Origin: a virus
Taxonomy: Duplodnaviria; Caudoviricetes
DNA: 25,722 bases
Reading direction: 5' to 3' (one strand)
Virus record (IMG/VR): IMGVR_UViG_3300005764_000076
Coordinates: 1-25,722 of that record
The stretch's first letter is position 1, and the number at the start of each line of letters is the position of its first letter. The position numbers and the translations under genes are program-made. This document shows, piece after piece, positions 1-9,031 of the stretch. The notes under the pieces were generated by a model. That model was given only the letters and a program-made list of their open reading frames with translations, made no database searches and was not told the DNA's origin.

Positions 1-2261
1 TCTGCCATTATGGGAGTACCGAACCCACCGATACGCCTTCCTGCGATAATCACCACATCAAGGTTCGGCCGGATCAGCTCCAGCTGCCTCCGGAGCCTAG
101 GGAAGTTCCAGCGGTTTACCCGCGCATACACTTCCTCATCGCCGGTATCGTACATATGGAGCGTAGCGCGCTTGACTAGCTCCGGGTGCTTCAGCTCTGC
201 CAGGATTTCCTCGACCTCCCGGCCGGTGCGGGATCTTTCGTCTTCAACGATGTCCTTGTACTCGACTCTCCGGACCATCCCCATATAGGTGACGGCCGGT
301 CCCTTCCGGAACGGCATGCCCTTGCGGAACGGCTCCACCTTCATAGCTGCGAGCGCATTTCCATTATGCGTCGGGCGCGGGACGGCCTTCTGCCTCCGGA
401 GCCAGCGGGAGACAGCCGCTAGCTTCCGCTCCGTCCGGTATAGCTCAAATGGGTCCTTAGCCTTGCTGAAAGCCTCCATACGGCCCACAGTCCGCTCGCC
501 TATACCCGGAACCACGGTCAGGTCCTGCCACCGCCTGAAGCCTCCCTGGGCCCTTCCTGCGGTATCGATCCGGAGAGCGAGCTTATCGCCTACCTTGGGA
601 ATCTGCTGCCAGCCAGCCAGTAGCTCCGGGCCGGTCCCGTTATGCCACGGCGTCCAGGTAGGCCCGGAACGCCTAACGTCCGGAGGCCGTACGTCGATAC
701 TGTGGGCGAGGGCATCCCGCATTAGCCGGAACCGTGTTTCTGCACTTCCCGCTTTCGCGAGGGAGGCCGCATAGAATTCGAGCGGGTACCTCGCCTTCAG
801 CCACGCGGTCCAGAACGCGAGCATCGAGTATGAGATAGCATGGGCGATATTGAAGCTATACGTACCGGAGGTAACAAGCCGCTTCCAGATAAGGTCAGCC
901 GTCTCGCGCGGTACGCCGTGAAGCCGCTCTGCACCTTCCGCAAAGTTCTCATACGACATCTGGAACTGGGCCTCGCCTAGTTTCTTTGAGATAATGCGCC
1001 GGATCTGCCCGACAGCGAACCAGTCAAATCCTCCCATTTCCTTGAGGATGCGGAGGATCTGTTCCTGATAGATTATCTGTCCGTAGGTGTCCCTCGTGAT
1101 GTCATCAACCATTGGATGAAGGGATGCTGGAGATTTACGGCCCCATCTGACATCCACGTACTCGGCTGTCTGGCCGGAAAATAGCGGGCCAGGACGCGAT
1201 AGCGCATTGACGTCGGTGATATGCATGAAATGATCCGGAGCGACATCACGGTTGACAAGGCGTGTAGCTCGACCCTCAAACTGAAATACTCCGATGACGT
1301 CCCCTTTGCGGAAAACCTCGATCGTGTCTGGGTCATCGTCGGGAATCGCATAAAGATCCTCCAGGGTTATCCCAGCCATTCCTAGGCAGAGACCGATCAT
1401 ACCGGCAGTCGTAAGCCCTAGGAAGTCGAGCTTCAGGGCATCGACATACTCGGCATCATACTTATCAATACTCATCACCCTAGCACCGTCGCGCTCATAC
1501 ACGGCGCAGATATCGGTGAGCGGGCTATTCGCGATTATCAGGCCAGCCGCGTGAACGCTCATCCCGCGTACGTCGCCCTCAAGCCGGCAGGCCTTCATGA
1601 TATCCGGGTATTCCTCCGCTATCTCCTGCGCGGCCGGGAACAACTCGAATGTATCCTCAAGCGTAGCATCAAACCGGGAATCGCCTCCGCTCCGCTCAAT
1701 AAGCAGGTTCGCTACCGTCTCCCTCGCGTACGGAGGAATGCTGAAAACGTTAGTAACATCCTGGAGGGAATTTTTACCCCGGTACCGGACGAAATTGGCA
1801 ATGTGCCCGAAACATTCTGCCCCGTACTTTCCCGCGAGGTACCCCCAGACTTCGCTACGCCGGCCATCCTCACAGTCAACGTCAATATCAGGCGGGTCGG
1901 AACGGGACACATCCAGGAACCGCTCAAATATCATGCCCTTGTACTTGTGCGGCGGTATTTCGGTTATCCGGGTAAGGTACGCAACGACAGATGCGGCCGT
2001 AGAGCCCCGGCCTGGGCCGAATACGATGCCATGGTCCTTGCCCCACCGGATCGTATCGGAGGTAAAGAGAAAGAAGTCAGCGAGCCCGCGCGAGAGGATC
2101 AGGTCCATCTCGTACCGGACACGATCCGCGTACCAGTCCTGTTCGGCCTGCGGGAGCCGGGATATCTCCCGGTAGGCCCAGCCGTACCGGAGCCACTCCC
2201 ATAGGAGGGCTTCCGCCTCCGGTCGGCTCCGCTCGCTCTTAACGATCTCCGTGGTAGCCAT
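1..2261 (-). CDS. dnaE: DnaE-like DNA polymerase III alpha, polymerase (palm/thumb/fingers) fragment; runs off the left window edge
   Basis: Absent from the ORF track (no stop in window). Manual translation from ATG 2261 gives MATTEIVKSERSRPEAEALLWEWLRYGW..., with DnaE motifs GPGRGSTAASVVAYL, FERFLDVSRSDPPDIDVD, SVHAAG, LKLDFLGL, GVFQFEG, TYGQIIYQEQ and YSFNIAHAISY. Confidence 0.95.
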   Translation of the reverse strand, partial: MATTEIVKSERSRPEAEALLWEWLRYGWAYREISRLPQAEQDWYADRVRYEMDLILSRGLADFFLFTSDTIRWGKDHGIVFGPGRGSTAASVVAYLTRITEIPPHKYKGMIFERFLDVSRSDPPDIDVDCEDGRRSEVWGYLAGKYGAECFGHIANFVRYRGKNSLQDVTNVFSIPPYARETVANLLIERSGGDSRFDATLEDTFELFPAAQEIAEEYPDIMKACRLEGDVRGMSVHAAGLIIANSPLTDICAVYERDGARVMSIDKYDAEYVDALKLDFLGLTTAGMIGLCLGMAGITLEDLYAIPDDDPDTIEVFRKGDVIGVFQFEGRATRLVNRDVAPDHFMHITDVNALSRPGPLFSGQTAEYVDVRWGRKSPASLHPMVDDITRDTYGQIIYQEQILRILKEMGGFDWFAVGQIRRIISKKLGEAQFQMSYENFAEGAERLHGVPRETADLIWKRLVTSGTYSFNIAHAISYSMLAFWTAWLKARYPLEFYAASLAKAGSAETRFRLMRDALAHSIDVRPPDVRRSGPTWTPWHNGTGPELLAGWQQIPKVGDKLALRIDTAGRAQGGFRRWQDLTVVPGIGERTVGRMEAFSKAKDPFELYRTERKLAAVSRWLRRQKAVPRPTHNGNALAAMKVEPFRKGMPFRKGPAVTYMGMVRRVEYKDIVEDERSRTGREVEEILAELKHPELVKRATLHMYDTGDEEVYARVNRWNFPRLRRQLELIRPNLDVVIIAGRRIGGFGTPIMA

Positions 2262-2466
2262 TCCCAAGCCTCTCGTAATCTTCCAGGGTCATCTTAGCGG
2301 CCAGGAAGACGACTTCCTCATCCTCCGCAAAACTACGGGCCTCGCCTTCCGTCGCGAACTTCCAGGCACATACAAACGGACGGCCATTCACATCAAGGCG
2401 AGCCCGGACGGCCCATACCACTCCACCGAAATGACTAAAGACATCAATCCCGGCTAGCGTTACCAT
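2239..2466 (-). CDS. hypothetical protein (75 aa) between the two dnaE fragments
   Basis: GGAGG 8 nt upstream of ATG 2466; overlaps both neighbours in typical phage packing. Confidence 0.6.
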   Translation of the reverse strand: MVTLAGIDVFSHFGGVVWAVRARLDVNGRPFVCAWKFATEGEARSFAEDEEVVFLAAKMTLEDYERLGNGYHGDR

Positions 2467-2836
2467 TTTGCTGCCTCCACCTCTCCCATCGCTTACTCTG
2501 GGCTGCGCTCATCCGGGCTCTAGTCTCCGGCGATAGCTTACGGCCGGTCATCATCTTCCTTGCTGCTGGATTAGGTACTCCAGTTTTGGCAGCCGATATC
2601 TTGGCGCAGAATTCACGAGAACGTTTTATGCCTCCAAGGTCATATTGGAGATGACACTTCGTACACATCGGCCGGTAACTATTGATATCAAGAAAATTCG
2701 TATCATGAATCTGCGCCCAGTCATCAGCTTGTTGTCCACATCCAACGCAATTGTATTTACAAGCATCACCACGGGCTCGCCTTACACGCTTATGCATACC
2801 ATTGCGGCTAATATTATCTCCGGCCCATTTCGGCAT
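2444..2836 (-). CDS. HNH-type (His-Me finger) homing endonuclease with C-terminal NUMOD3-like repeats
   Basis: Start moved to ATG 2836 (GGAGGTG SD overlapping the upstream stop). HKRVRRARG..CVGC..W..YRPMCTKCHLQYD core; NUMOD3-like SREFCAKISAAKTG and GRKLSPETRARMSAAQ; AT-rich. Confidence 0.8.
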   Translation of the reverse strand: MPKWAGDNISRNGMHKRVRRARGDACKYNCVGCGQQADDWAQIHDTNFLDINSYRPMCTKCHLQYDLGGIKRSREFCAKISAAKTGVPNPAARKMMTGRKLSPETRARMSAAQSKRWERWRQQNGNASRD

Positions 2837-2840
2837 TTTA

Positions 2841-3770
2841 TCACCTCCATGGCTTCCGGTCGGAATCGGTAATGGGATACCGCAAACGTTCTGCTTTTGG
2901 AAGAGTAACATTACACATATTAGCTATTATAGCCGAATTCTCGATAGCATCAATTGATGCCTTCCGTGACAATCCTGTCTTTTCTAGCTTATAGAACAAT
3001 TCATTATCTGATTCAGGATAGGTCATTTTCACCTCGTAATTCCATTCCCGCATCATTTCCTCAACGGTATGCTTCCCTCTATGCGTCGCGTGGAGGATAG
3101 CCTGCATCTCGGAATCCTCCGGGAACGGGTAATGGATATCGCACGTCGCTACAAGCGGGATACCGGTCTCACGGGAGAGCCGCTCGTATGCCGTATTGAT
3201 CCGGTTAGTTTTCTCAAGTTCCCAGAACGGCTGGACCTCAAGGAAATAGTACGGCCCAAATAGAGCCTTAAATCTGGATGCCACCTCCAATGCCCTCTCG
3301 AATCCAGTCCGCTCGGAGTCAGGTTCTGCGATCCCTTTCCCTCCAGTGAGAGAGCAAGCGAGCAGGCTTCCGCTACAACCCGACAGAACCGCCAGGCCGT
3401 CGGAGTGCTCCCTGAGATTTCTTCCGGATATGGTCGGATGATAATGATGATCACGCCAGGACTGTGTGACGAGTCGATTGAGATTCTGATATCCACCGGC
3501 ATGCCTCGCTAGGATCGTCAAATGGTACTTAAACTGGGAGCTTACCTCCGGGCCTACCGGCCCACAATATCCCTCAAGCCCGAAGATAGGCTTGATGCCT
3601 GCTTCAATAGCATACTTCTCAAGCTGGAAATGTGACGAAACGCCTCCGTGCTCCGTGAGCGCCAGGGCCGTGTAGCCTAGCGAGGCCGCTCGCTCGACAT
3701 GGAAGCGCGGTAGCTTATGGCCGTCGCCGTGACTAAAGGTGCTATGTCCATGTAGGTTTACGTATCTCAT
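2841..3770 (-). CDS. dnaE: DnaE PHP domain (N-terminal fragment of DNA polymerase III alpha)
   Basis: YVNLHGHSTFSHGDG, ALALTEHG, IKPIFGLE, HLTILA, LSGC, YFLEVQ and VATCDIHY motifs; ATG 3770 forms an ATGA overlap with the upstream small ORF. Confidence 0.93.
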   Translation of the reverse strand: MRYVNLHGHSTFSHGDGHKLPRFHVERAASLGYTALALTEHGGVSSHFQLEKYAIEAGIKPIFGLEGYCGPVGPEVSSQFKYHLTILARHAGGYQNLNRLVTQSWRDHHYHPTISGRNLREHSDGLAVLSGCSGSLLACSLTGGKGIAEPDSERTGFERALEVASRFKALFGPYYFLEVQPFWELEKTNRINTAYERLSRETGIPLVATCDIHYPFPEDSEMQAILHATHRGKHTVEEMMREWNYEVKMTYPESDNELFYKLEKTGLSRKASIDAIENSAIIANMCNVTLPKAERLRYPITDSDRKPWR

Positions 3771-3889
3771 CGGCATGGCAGCCACCGGAGTACGTAGCAG
3801 GCTAGGTAGGTATTATGCCGGAGGGCATTCAGCACGATCAGGAATACCAGAACGGCCGATATCGCGATACGCCAGGCACGGTCGCTCAT
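3767..3889 (-). CDS. small putative membrane protein (40 aa)
   Basis: MSDRAWRIAISAVLVFLIVLNALRHNTYLACYVLRWLPCR; ATGA overlaps at both ends exactly fill the gap; not in the ORF track. Confidence 0.6.
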   Translation of the reverse strand: MSDRAWRIAISAVLVFLIVLNALRHNTYLACYVLRWLPCR

Positions 3890-4215
3890 GCCCGTACCGG
3901 CATAGAGCAGGCCCGGATAAATTCTGCGGTCTGCTCAACGCACGGGCAGTACGGGCAGACGCACCTTCCCTTTGGCTCGCCTCCGGCCGTACTCGTACCT
4001 TTCTTGATTACGCGGGTAAAGCCGTGACTCTGCCAGCACTTAGCGCAGCGGCACCAGCAGTTCCTCTGTCCCGGAACCTCCGTGACCTCGATACAGAGCC
4101 GGTCATGCTTGTGTGAGGGAACCGGAGCCCGCGACTTAGCCGACCTATCAAAGGATCGGGCTTTGGGCTGCAGGTCATCCCGCTCCGCCATTACGGCTCC
4201 GAGTGGCTGTGTCAT
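3886..4215 (-). CDS. Cys-rich hypothetical protein, possible zinc-binding
   Basis: AGGAGG SD, ATGA overlap at 4212-4215; CWCRCAKC and CVCPYCPC motifs. Confidence 0.65.
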   Translation of the reverse strand: MTQPLGAVMAERDDLQPKARSFDRSAKSRAPVPSHKHDRLCIEVTEVPGQRNCWCRCAKCWQSHGFTRVIKKGTSTAGGEPKGRCVCPYCPCVEQTAEFIRACSMPVRA

Positions 4216-4397
4216 GTTTCCTCCTGTATCCTCGCGGTAATGCCGCGCCGCTCTATCTCGGCTAGCAGCTGCCGGCCCCATGGCGACGGCCCGCCATCAA
4301 ATAGCGCAGTATCGCTGCGGTAATTCTCGATGAGGATCTCATCGCTATATCCACGGATAAGCAAGTCAATCTCGGCACGGCCCATTGGCTGAGTCAT
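4212..4397 (-). CDS. hypothetical protein (61 aa)
   Basis: ATGA overlaps at both ends. Confidence 0.6.
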   Translation of the reverse strand: MTQPMGRAEIDLLIRGYSDEILIENYRSDTALFDGGPSPWGRQLLAEIERRGITARIQEET

Positions 4398-4729
4398 GAG
4401 TATCCCTTCCTTGGTTTTAGGCAGATAGCGCAGTGAATTCCCGGACGGGTCTCGTCACTACACGTATGCCAGGAATGCTTGAGCCATCCGCACGTCCTGG
4501 CAAATCCGGTCCTTTCCCTACCGCATCGCCGGCACTTTTCCTTTTGTACTCCGTGCTTCGCCTTCCCGCGAGCGGTATAGTCATGGAACAGGAAACACGG
4601 CCGTACCGTCCTAGTACGGAGTTTACCGCACCGGCCGCATTTCTGAGTCTGGACGCCATCTACCGGCTTCCGGTAGTTGGTGAAATTACCGAGACAGGTT
4701 CCCGCGAGTAGGCCCTTGCTATGGCTCAT
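4394..4729 (-). CDS. zinc-ribbon repeat protein
   Basis: Internal repeats GVQTQKCGRCGKLRT and GVQKEKCRRCGRERT, plus a third C/H unit. Confidence 0.65.
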   Translation of the reverse strand: MSHSKGLLAGTCLGNFTNYRKPVDGVQTQKCGRCGKLRTRTVRPCFLFHDYTARGKAKHGVQKEKCRRCGRERTGFARTCGWLKHSWHTCSDETRPGIHCAICLKPRKGYS

Positions 4730-4934
4730 CGGAAGGCTCCACTACCAGGATAATGAAGGTGAGGTTCCCATCCGTGACCTCGACGTGCGGGCCTCCACAG
4801 ACGGACGCCGGGCATTCATCGACTCCGCACCATTCCTCATTACGGTCTGGTATCTTCTGGCATCGCGGGAAGTCATCGCACGCACCACAGCCGGAAGCGA
4901 TACATCGCGGACAAGTATTATATTTCTCGTTCAT
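4719..4934 (-). CDS. small Cys-rich hypothetical protein
   Basis: ATGA overlap at 4931-4934; CPRC..GCGAC..C..C..C..C pattern. Confidence 0.5.
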   Translation of the reverse strand: MNEKYNTCPRCIASGCGACDDFPRCQKIPDRNEEWCGVDECPASVCGGPHVEVTDGNLTFIILVVEPSDEP

Positions 4935-5296
4935 CCGGGCTCGCCCCATTCACCCCACTTAGGGCCTTTGATCCCCAGCCTCCAGAGGAAGCCGCAGAAA
5001 TTAATCATGTCGATCGGGTCATCCGGGTTGAAGTCGTTGTTCCGCCAGGAACGGTACCGGAGCCGACCGGCCTTGTTAAGGATGTCATGGACCAGGCCCT
5101 TCCATCCCTTGCTTTTCCAGGTTCCACCTTCCGGATCGTATCCGCGCTCGCACATGATCCGTAGGCACTCCGTAAACGGCCCGGAGAGCTGCCCTATGGC
5201 GTCCGGGGTAGGGTCTAGGCCGATCTTCCGCATATAGTCGTACGCGGCGTCACGACGGCTCTCGTACGGGCCTCGCTCCAGTTCATCCTCGTACAT
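4931..5296 (-). CDS. Nmad1/DUF1599-like all-alpha nucleotide pyrophosphohydrolase-fold protein
   Basis: Start at MYEDELER (5296); pattern Y..W..GWKGLVHDILNKAGRL..DDPIDMINF resembles DUF1599. Confidence 0.6.
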   Translation of the reverse strand: MYEDELERGPYESRRDAAYDYMRKIGLDPTPDAIGQLSGPFTECLRIMCERGYDPEGGTWKSKGWKGLVHDILNKAGRLRYRSWRNNDFNPDDPIDMINFCGFLWRLGIKGPKWGEWGEPG

Positions 5297-5594
5297 CCTT
5301 AAGCCCTCCACATTCGTCTGCGCTGATATCGATAAGGAACCGGAGGGCCATAGCGGCCACCTGAACCGCTTCCATCCGCCTTCCTTCTGGAGTGCCGGTC
5401 TTGAGCCGGACTTCATCCCAAAGCTCCTGCTCTTCCTCGTGGATGACGGCCCATCCCTCGTGAGCTGAATGGAAAGGCGCAAACGCCTCCTGCGCATCCC
5501 GTAGCTCGCAGATAACCGCGCTCAGGGCATCCGCGAGGGCATGGAGCTTGCCAGGATTGAATCCCTCAGGGCTGATATTCGGCATAGTAGTCAC
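5283..5594 (-). CDS. MazG-like nucleotide pyrophosphohydrolase
   Basis: FHSAHEGWAVIHEEEQELWDEV..EAVQVAAMALRF has the EExxE..ExxQ signature of phage MazG-like proteins. Confidence 0.75.
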   Translation of the reverse strand: MTTMPNISPEGFNPGKLHALADALSAVICELRDAQEAFAPFHSAHEGWAVIHEEEQELWDEVRLKTGTPEGRRMEAVQVAAMALRFLIDISADECGGLKDVRG

Positions 5595-6237
5595 CTATTT
5601 CCAGGAGAGAGCCAGTGTTAACGGTACGGAGCCCGGTAGGCTTATACAGCCGCTTCAGAAGAATGCGGAAGTCAATGGAGACTCGCGTACGGCCGGTAAG
5701 ATTACGAACATTCCCGTGATAGTACCGCACCGCATCGAATACAAGAACTTCTCCATATTCGACCGGCATGAAGTCTACGCCGCGAATACCCGGCATCTGG
5801 ATCGCGATTGAGTTACTGCGGAACGCACTTGTGACCGGGAGCCAGAAATTGACTTCACCTTCCGGATGGTTATACTCGGCATCGGTATGGAATTCGCCTA
5901 CGGCTACGTTCCCCGGAAGGTGAACCCGGAAGGTCGGAACCTTCTGGTAGATAAACGGCTCCGGGACTACCGGGGCTATCGCCTCCGCAATAAAACTCCG
6001 GTAGAGCGGCTCGACCTCCCGCTCCCAGGACGCATAGAACTTCCGGTGGTATCCGGATGACTGATCGGTTCCGCGCTTAAACGTCTCATACTCGCCCTCG
6101 AATCCCAGGCCATCGAGCCCGGAGCCGGACACACCGAATATCCGGGAGATAGCCGCACGGAAGTCGTACTTGCCGTAATTGTAGGGGTATATGCGCGGCA
6201 CGAAAGGCTGCTCGCCGGAGGGCAATGGACCAATCAT
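5566..6237 (-). CDS. 2OG-Fe(II) dioxygenase, StrG-like
   Basis: YQKVPTFRVHLPG, FHTD (HxD), NFWLP, HGN (distal His) and TRVSIDFR (2OG-binding Arg). Confidence 0.8.
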   Translation of the reverse strand: MIGPLPSGEQPFVPRIYPYNYGKYDFRAAISRIFGVSGSGLDGLGFEGEYETFKRGTDQSSGYHRKFYASWEREVEPLYRSFIAEAIAPVVPEPFIYQKVPTFRVHLPGNVAVGEFHTDAEYNHPEGEVNFWLPVTSAFRSNSIAIQMPGIRGVDFMPVEYGEVLVFDAVRYYHGNVRNLTGRTRVSIDFRILLKRLYKPTGLRTVNTGSLLEIGDYYAEYQP

Positions 6238-7139
6238 CGCGGGTCCATAGCAGCGCGGCGGTGGAGCGGCTCGTGCGGCTCGATATCGGTCCAGGCCTCT
6301 GGGGGATCTCCGGCCGCGTGATGCACCTGGACCCTATCCCGGATAGCGCACCACCGGTCGGTTGGGGCCATGAACTCGCACTTCCCGGTGTGGTAGCAGA
6401 TAGGCTTAAACAGCCTAGCGATCTCCATCTGCTGCCACCGTTCGGACTCCGGCCCGTACGCACGGATGGCCTGGATCATCTTGAGCCAGACCCGCTTCCA
6501 TTCGTGCTGGGCCTGGGAGCAGAGCCGGTTGCCGGCGTGCTCGGCTAGGTTCCGGAGGTTCGTGTGGTAGTGGACTCGCGTCCCGATGTTAGTAGGCAGG
6601 AGCCCGCGCGCATCCTCAGCAGGCATCCCGGAATCGACCAAATGGAGGTATGCCTGGGCGATATGCCCCACCGCCTCATCCCAGACATTCCGCTGCCACT
6701 CTGATGTACTCGACTCCGCGCCTAGCGTCTCGCCTCCGTGCGTCTCTTCTAGGGAGGGCGGGAGGACTACCTCCATCGCGGCATCTTCCTTTACCGCGAA
6801 CCGCATCGACTCCTGAACGTACACGGCTGTCCGCTGCCGGACTAGCTGATGGGTGAAAGCGCGGGTAACGCCTTCAAAGTAGAAATGGAGTTCAATAAAC
6901 TCCAGCGGAGCCTGGAGCCTATTCTTGCTCGCAGACGCGAGCCACTCCAGGGCCGTGTACTTGCTGATCTCGGATGGGTCGTGAACCGGAATGCCCCGGT
7001 ACTGCTGCGCTGCGGCCGCCATTACCCGGAGCGGATTAGCCGTCATCGAGATTAGCGTGACCTTCGGCTTCTCCCATCCTAGCGGAGTAGCCGCGTACAT
7101 TGCTGGGTCGGCCCATTTCTGGACCCTGTTCTCCGTCAT
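6234..7139 (-). CDS. thyX: ThyX-family FAD-dependent thymidylate synthase with variant motif
   Basis: PLEF..F..EGVTRAFTHQLVRQRTAVYVQESMRF, EDARGLLP, NLRNL..RLCSQAQHEW; ATGA overlap at 7136-7139. Confidence 0.88.
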   Translation of the reverse strand: MTENRVQKWADPAMYAATPLGWEKPKVTLISMTANPLRVMAAAAQQYRGIPVHDPSEISKYTALEWLASASKNRLQAPLEFIELHFYFEGVTRAFTHQLVRQRTAVYVQESMRFAVKEDAAMEVVLPPSLEETHGGETLGAESSTSEWQRNVWDEAVGHIAQAYLHLVDSGMPAEDARGLLPTNIGTRVHYHTNLRNLAEHAGNRLCSQAQHEWKRVWLKMIQAIRAYGPESERWQQMEIARLFKPICYHTGKCEFMAPTDRWCAIRDRVQVHHAAGDPPEAWTDIEPHEPLHRRAAMDPR

Positions 7140-7918
7140 ATGATCTGGTCCCATTCATCCTTATGGAGCATTTCCATGAGAGCAGTACGCGTGTCTATGT
7201 AAGCCGTATCGATCCAGGCCATATTGTCCCAGGTTCCGAAACGGCCCACCCGGAGGACCCGTGGATGGCAGGTACAGTTCGTGCGTATGGGCTTCTTTAC
7301 GATCCGGTACGGCTCAGCCGGGATATTCTCGACCATGAACTCAGTCGTCTCATACCCGAACATCCGCGCACTCCGCACCCAGGGCACCTCCGGGTAGGCG
7401 TTGAAGATGACGGTATTCTCCGGCTGGCCCGGATACGAGGAATGGAAGACCATCGCTACCGGCTGGTAGATGAAGTCATGGCCGGCCTCGCACAGCTTAT
7501 TGAGCGGAGCCGTACTAACGACAAGGTCGGCCTGTGCCACGAGGTCATCAACCTCATCTGGCTTGACTTCCCGGTCCTCGATAAGGGAGGCGTACATTCC
7601 CCACATCTTGTCGTACGCCTCCTGAATGCTCCAGGTATGGATACCGGTCCTGAGATGCCCGTCTCGCGTAATCGAGATATTGACGTCGCCGTAGAGCTTA
7701 ACGCCGTAATCGACTATCGAGCCGCCAATCACAAACTGGCGGATATAGCCCTGCGGATGATCGGTACTTATCCCAGGGATCGGAGTGTTAAGGAAGATCG
7801 GGCCATTCTGCGACGTCTGGGATTTCGGCGCGATAATCCTCACGTCTGCGGAAAGGCCGGAGGCCGCGTGAGCGGCCGCCAGCCCTGCCGGTCCGCATCC
7901 AAGGACAATAACCTTCAT
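7136..7918 (-). CDS. FAD-dependent oxidoreductase (Rossmann fold; UDP-galactopyranose mutase/amine-oxidase-like)
   Basis: N-terminal VIVLGCGPAGLAAA (GxGxxG), ADLVVSTAPL, C-terminal VGRFGTW. Confidence 0.8.
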   Translation of the reverse strand: MKVIVLGCGPAGLAAAHAASGLSADVRIIAPKSQTSQNGPIFLNTPIPGISTDHPQGYIRQFVIGGSIVDYGVKLYGDVNISITRDGHLRTGIHTWSIQEAYDKMWGMYASLIEDREVKPDEVDDLVAQADLVVSTAPLNKLCEAGHDFIYQPVAMVFHSSYPGQPENTVIFNAYPEVPWVRSARMFGYETTEFMVENIPAEPYRIVKKPIRTNCTCHPRVLRVGRFGTWDNMAWIDTAYIDTRTALMEMLHKDEWDQII

Positions 7919-8014
7919 GCTGGTCCCTTCCAGAGCGATTCAGAGATCTCACGGCGTAGGTTCTCCCGGAGCCTAGCCACCTCAGCAGCTAGGCTCTCGG
8001 TGTCCAGGCCTCCC

Positions 8015-8031
<17 letters not shown>
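7915..8031 (-). CDS. small hypothetical protein (38 aa), coiled-coil-like
   Basis: MSLPFKGGLDTESLAAEVARLRENLRREISESLWKGPA fills the gap and has an ATGA overlap with the oxidoreductase. Confidence 0.45.
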
Positions 8032-8842
<811 letters not shown>

Positions 8843-8845
8843 TTG

Positions 8846-9031
8846 CTAGTCCCTTTCGTGATAGTGGTCTAGGTATGTCTGGTGGAGTCTATGATCGGCC
8901 TCGTGCTCTCCCTTGTTGACGTACCGGAGTAGAGCGTGACGCTTGGCGACGTGCTTGCGTAGCCACTCGGCCGTCTGACCGAACGGATCGGCTAGCCATA
9001 CGCCTTCCGGCTCCGGTATTTTCCGTGACAC
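8846..9031 (-). CDS. hypothetical protein (61 aa) overlapping the AAA ATPase 3' end
   Basis: GTG preceded by AAAGGCGAGGCGG; stop 3 nt before the SSB start; 143-nt overlap lowers confidence. Confidence 0.4.
   Translation of the reverse strand: MSRKIPEPEGVWLADPFGQTAEWLRKHVAKRHALLRYVNKGEHEADHRLHQTYLDHYHERD

Noticed and set aside
2262-2840. Group I intron or split intein interrupting dnaE
   Set aside because: No intein terminal residues and no intron core that I can identify; each fragment has its own start or stop and the inserted ORFs have their own SDs. Not formally excluded without RT-PCR
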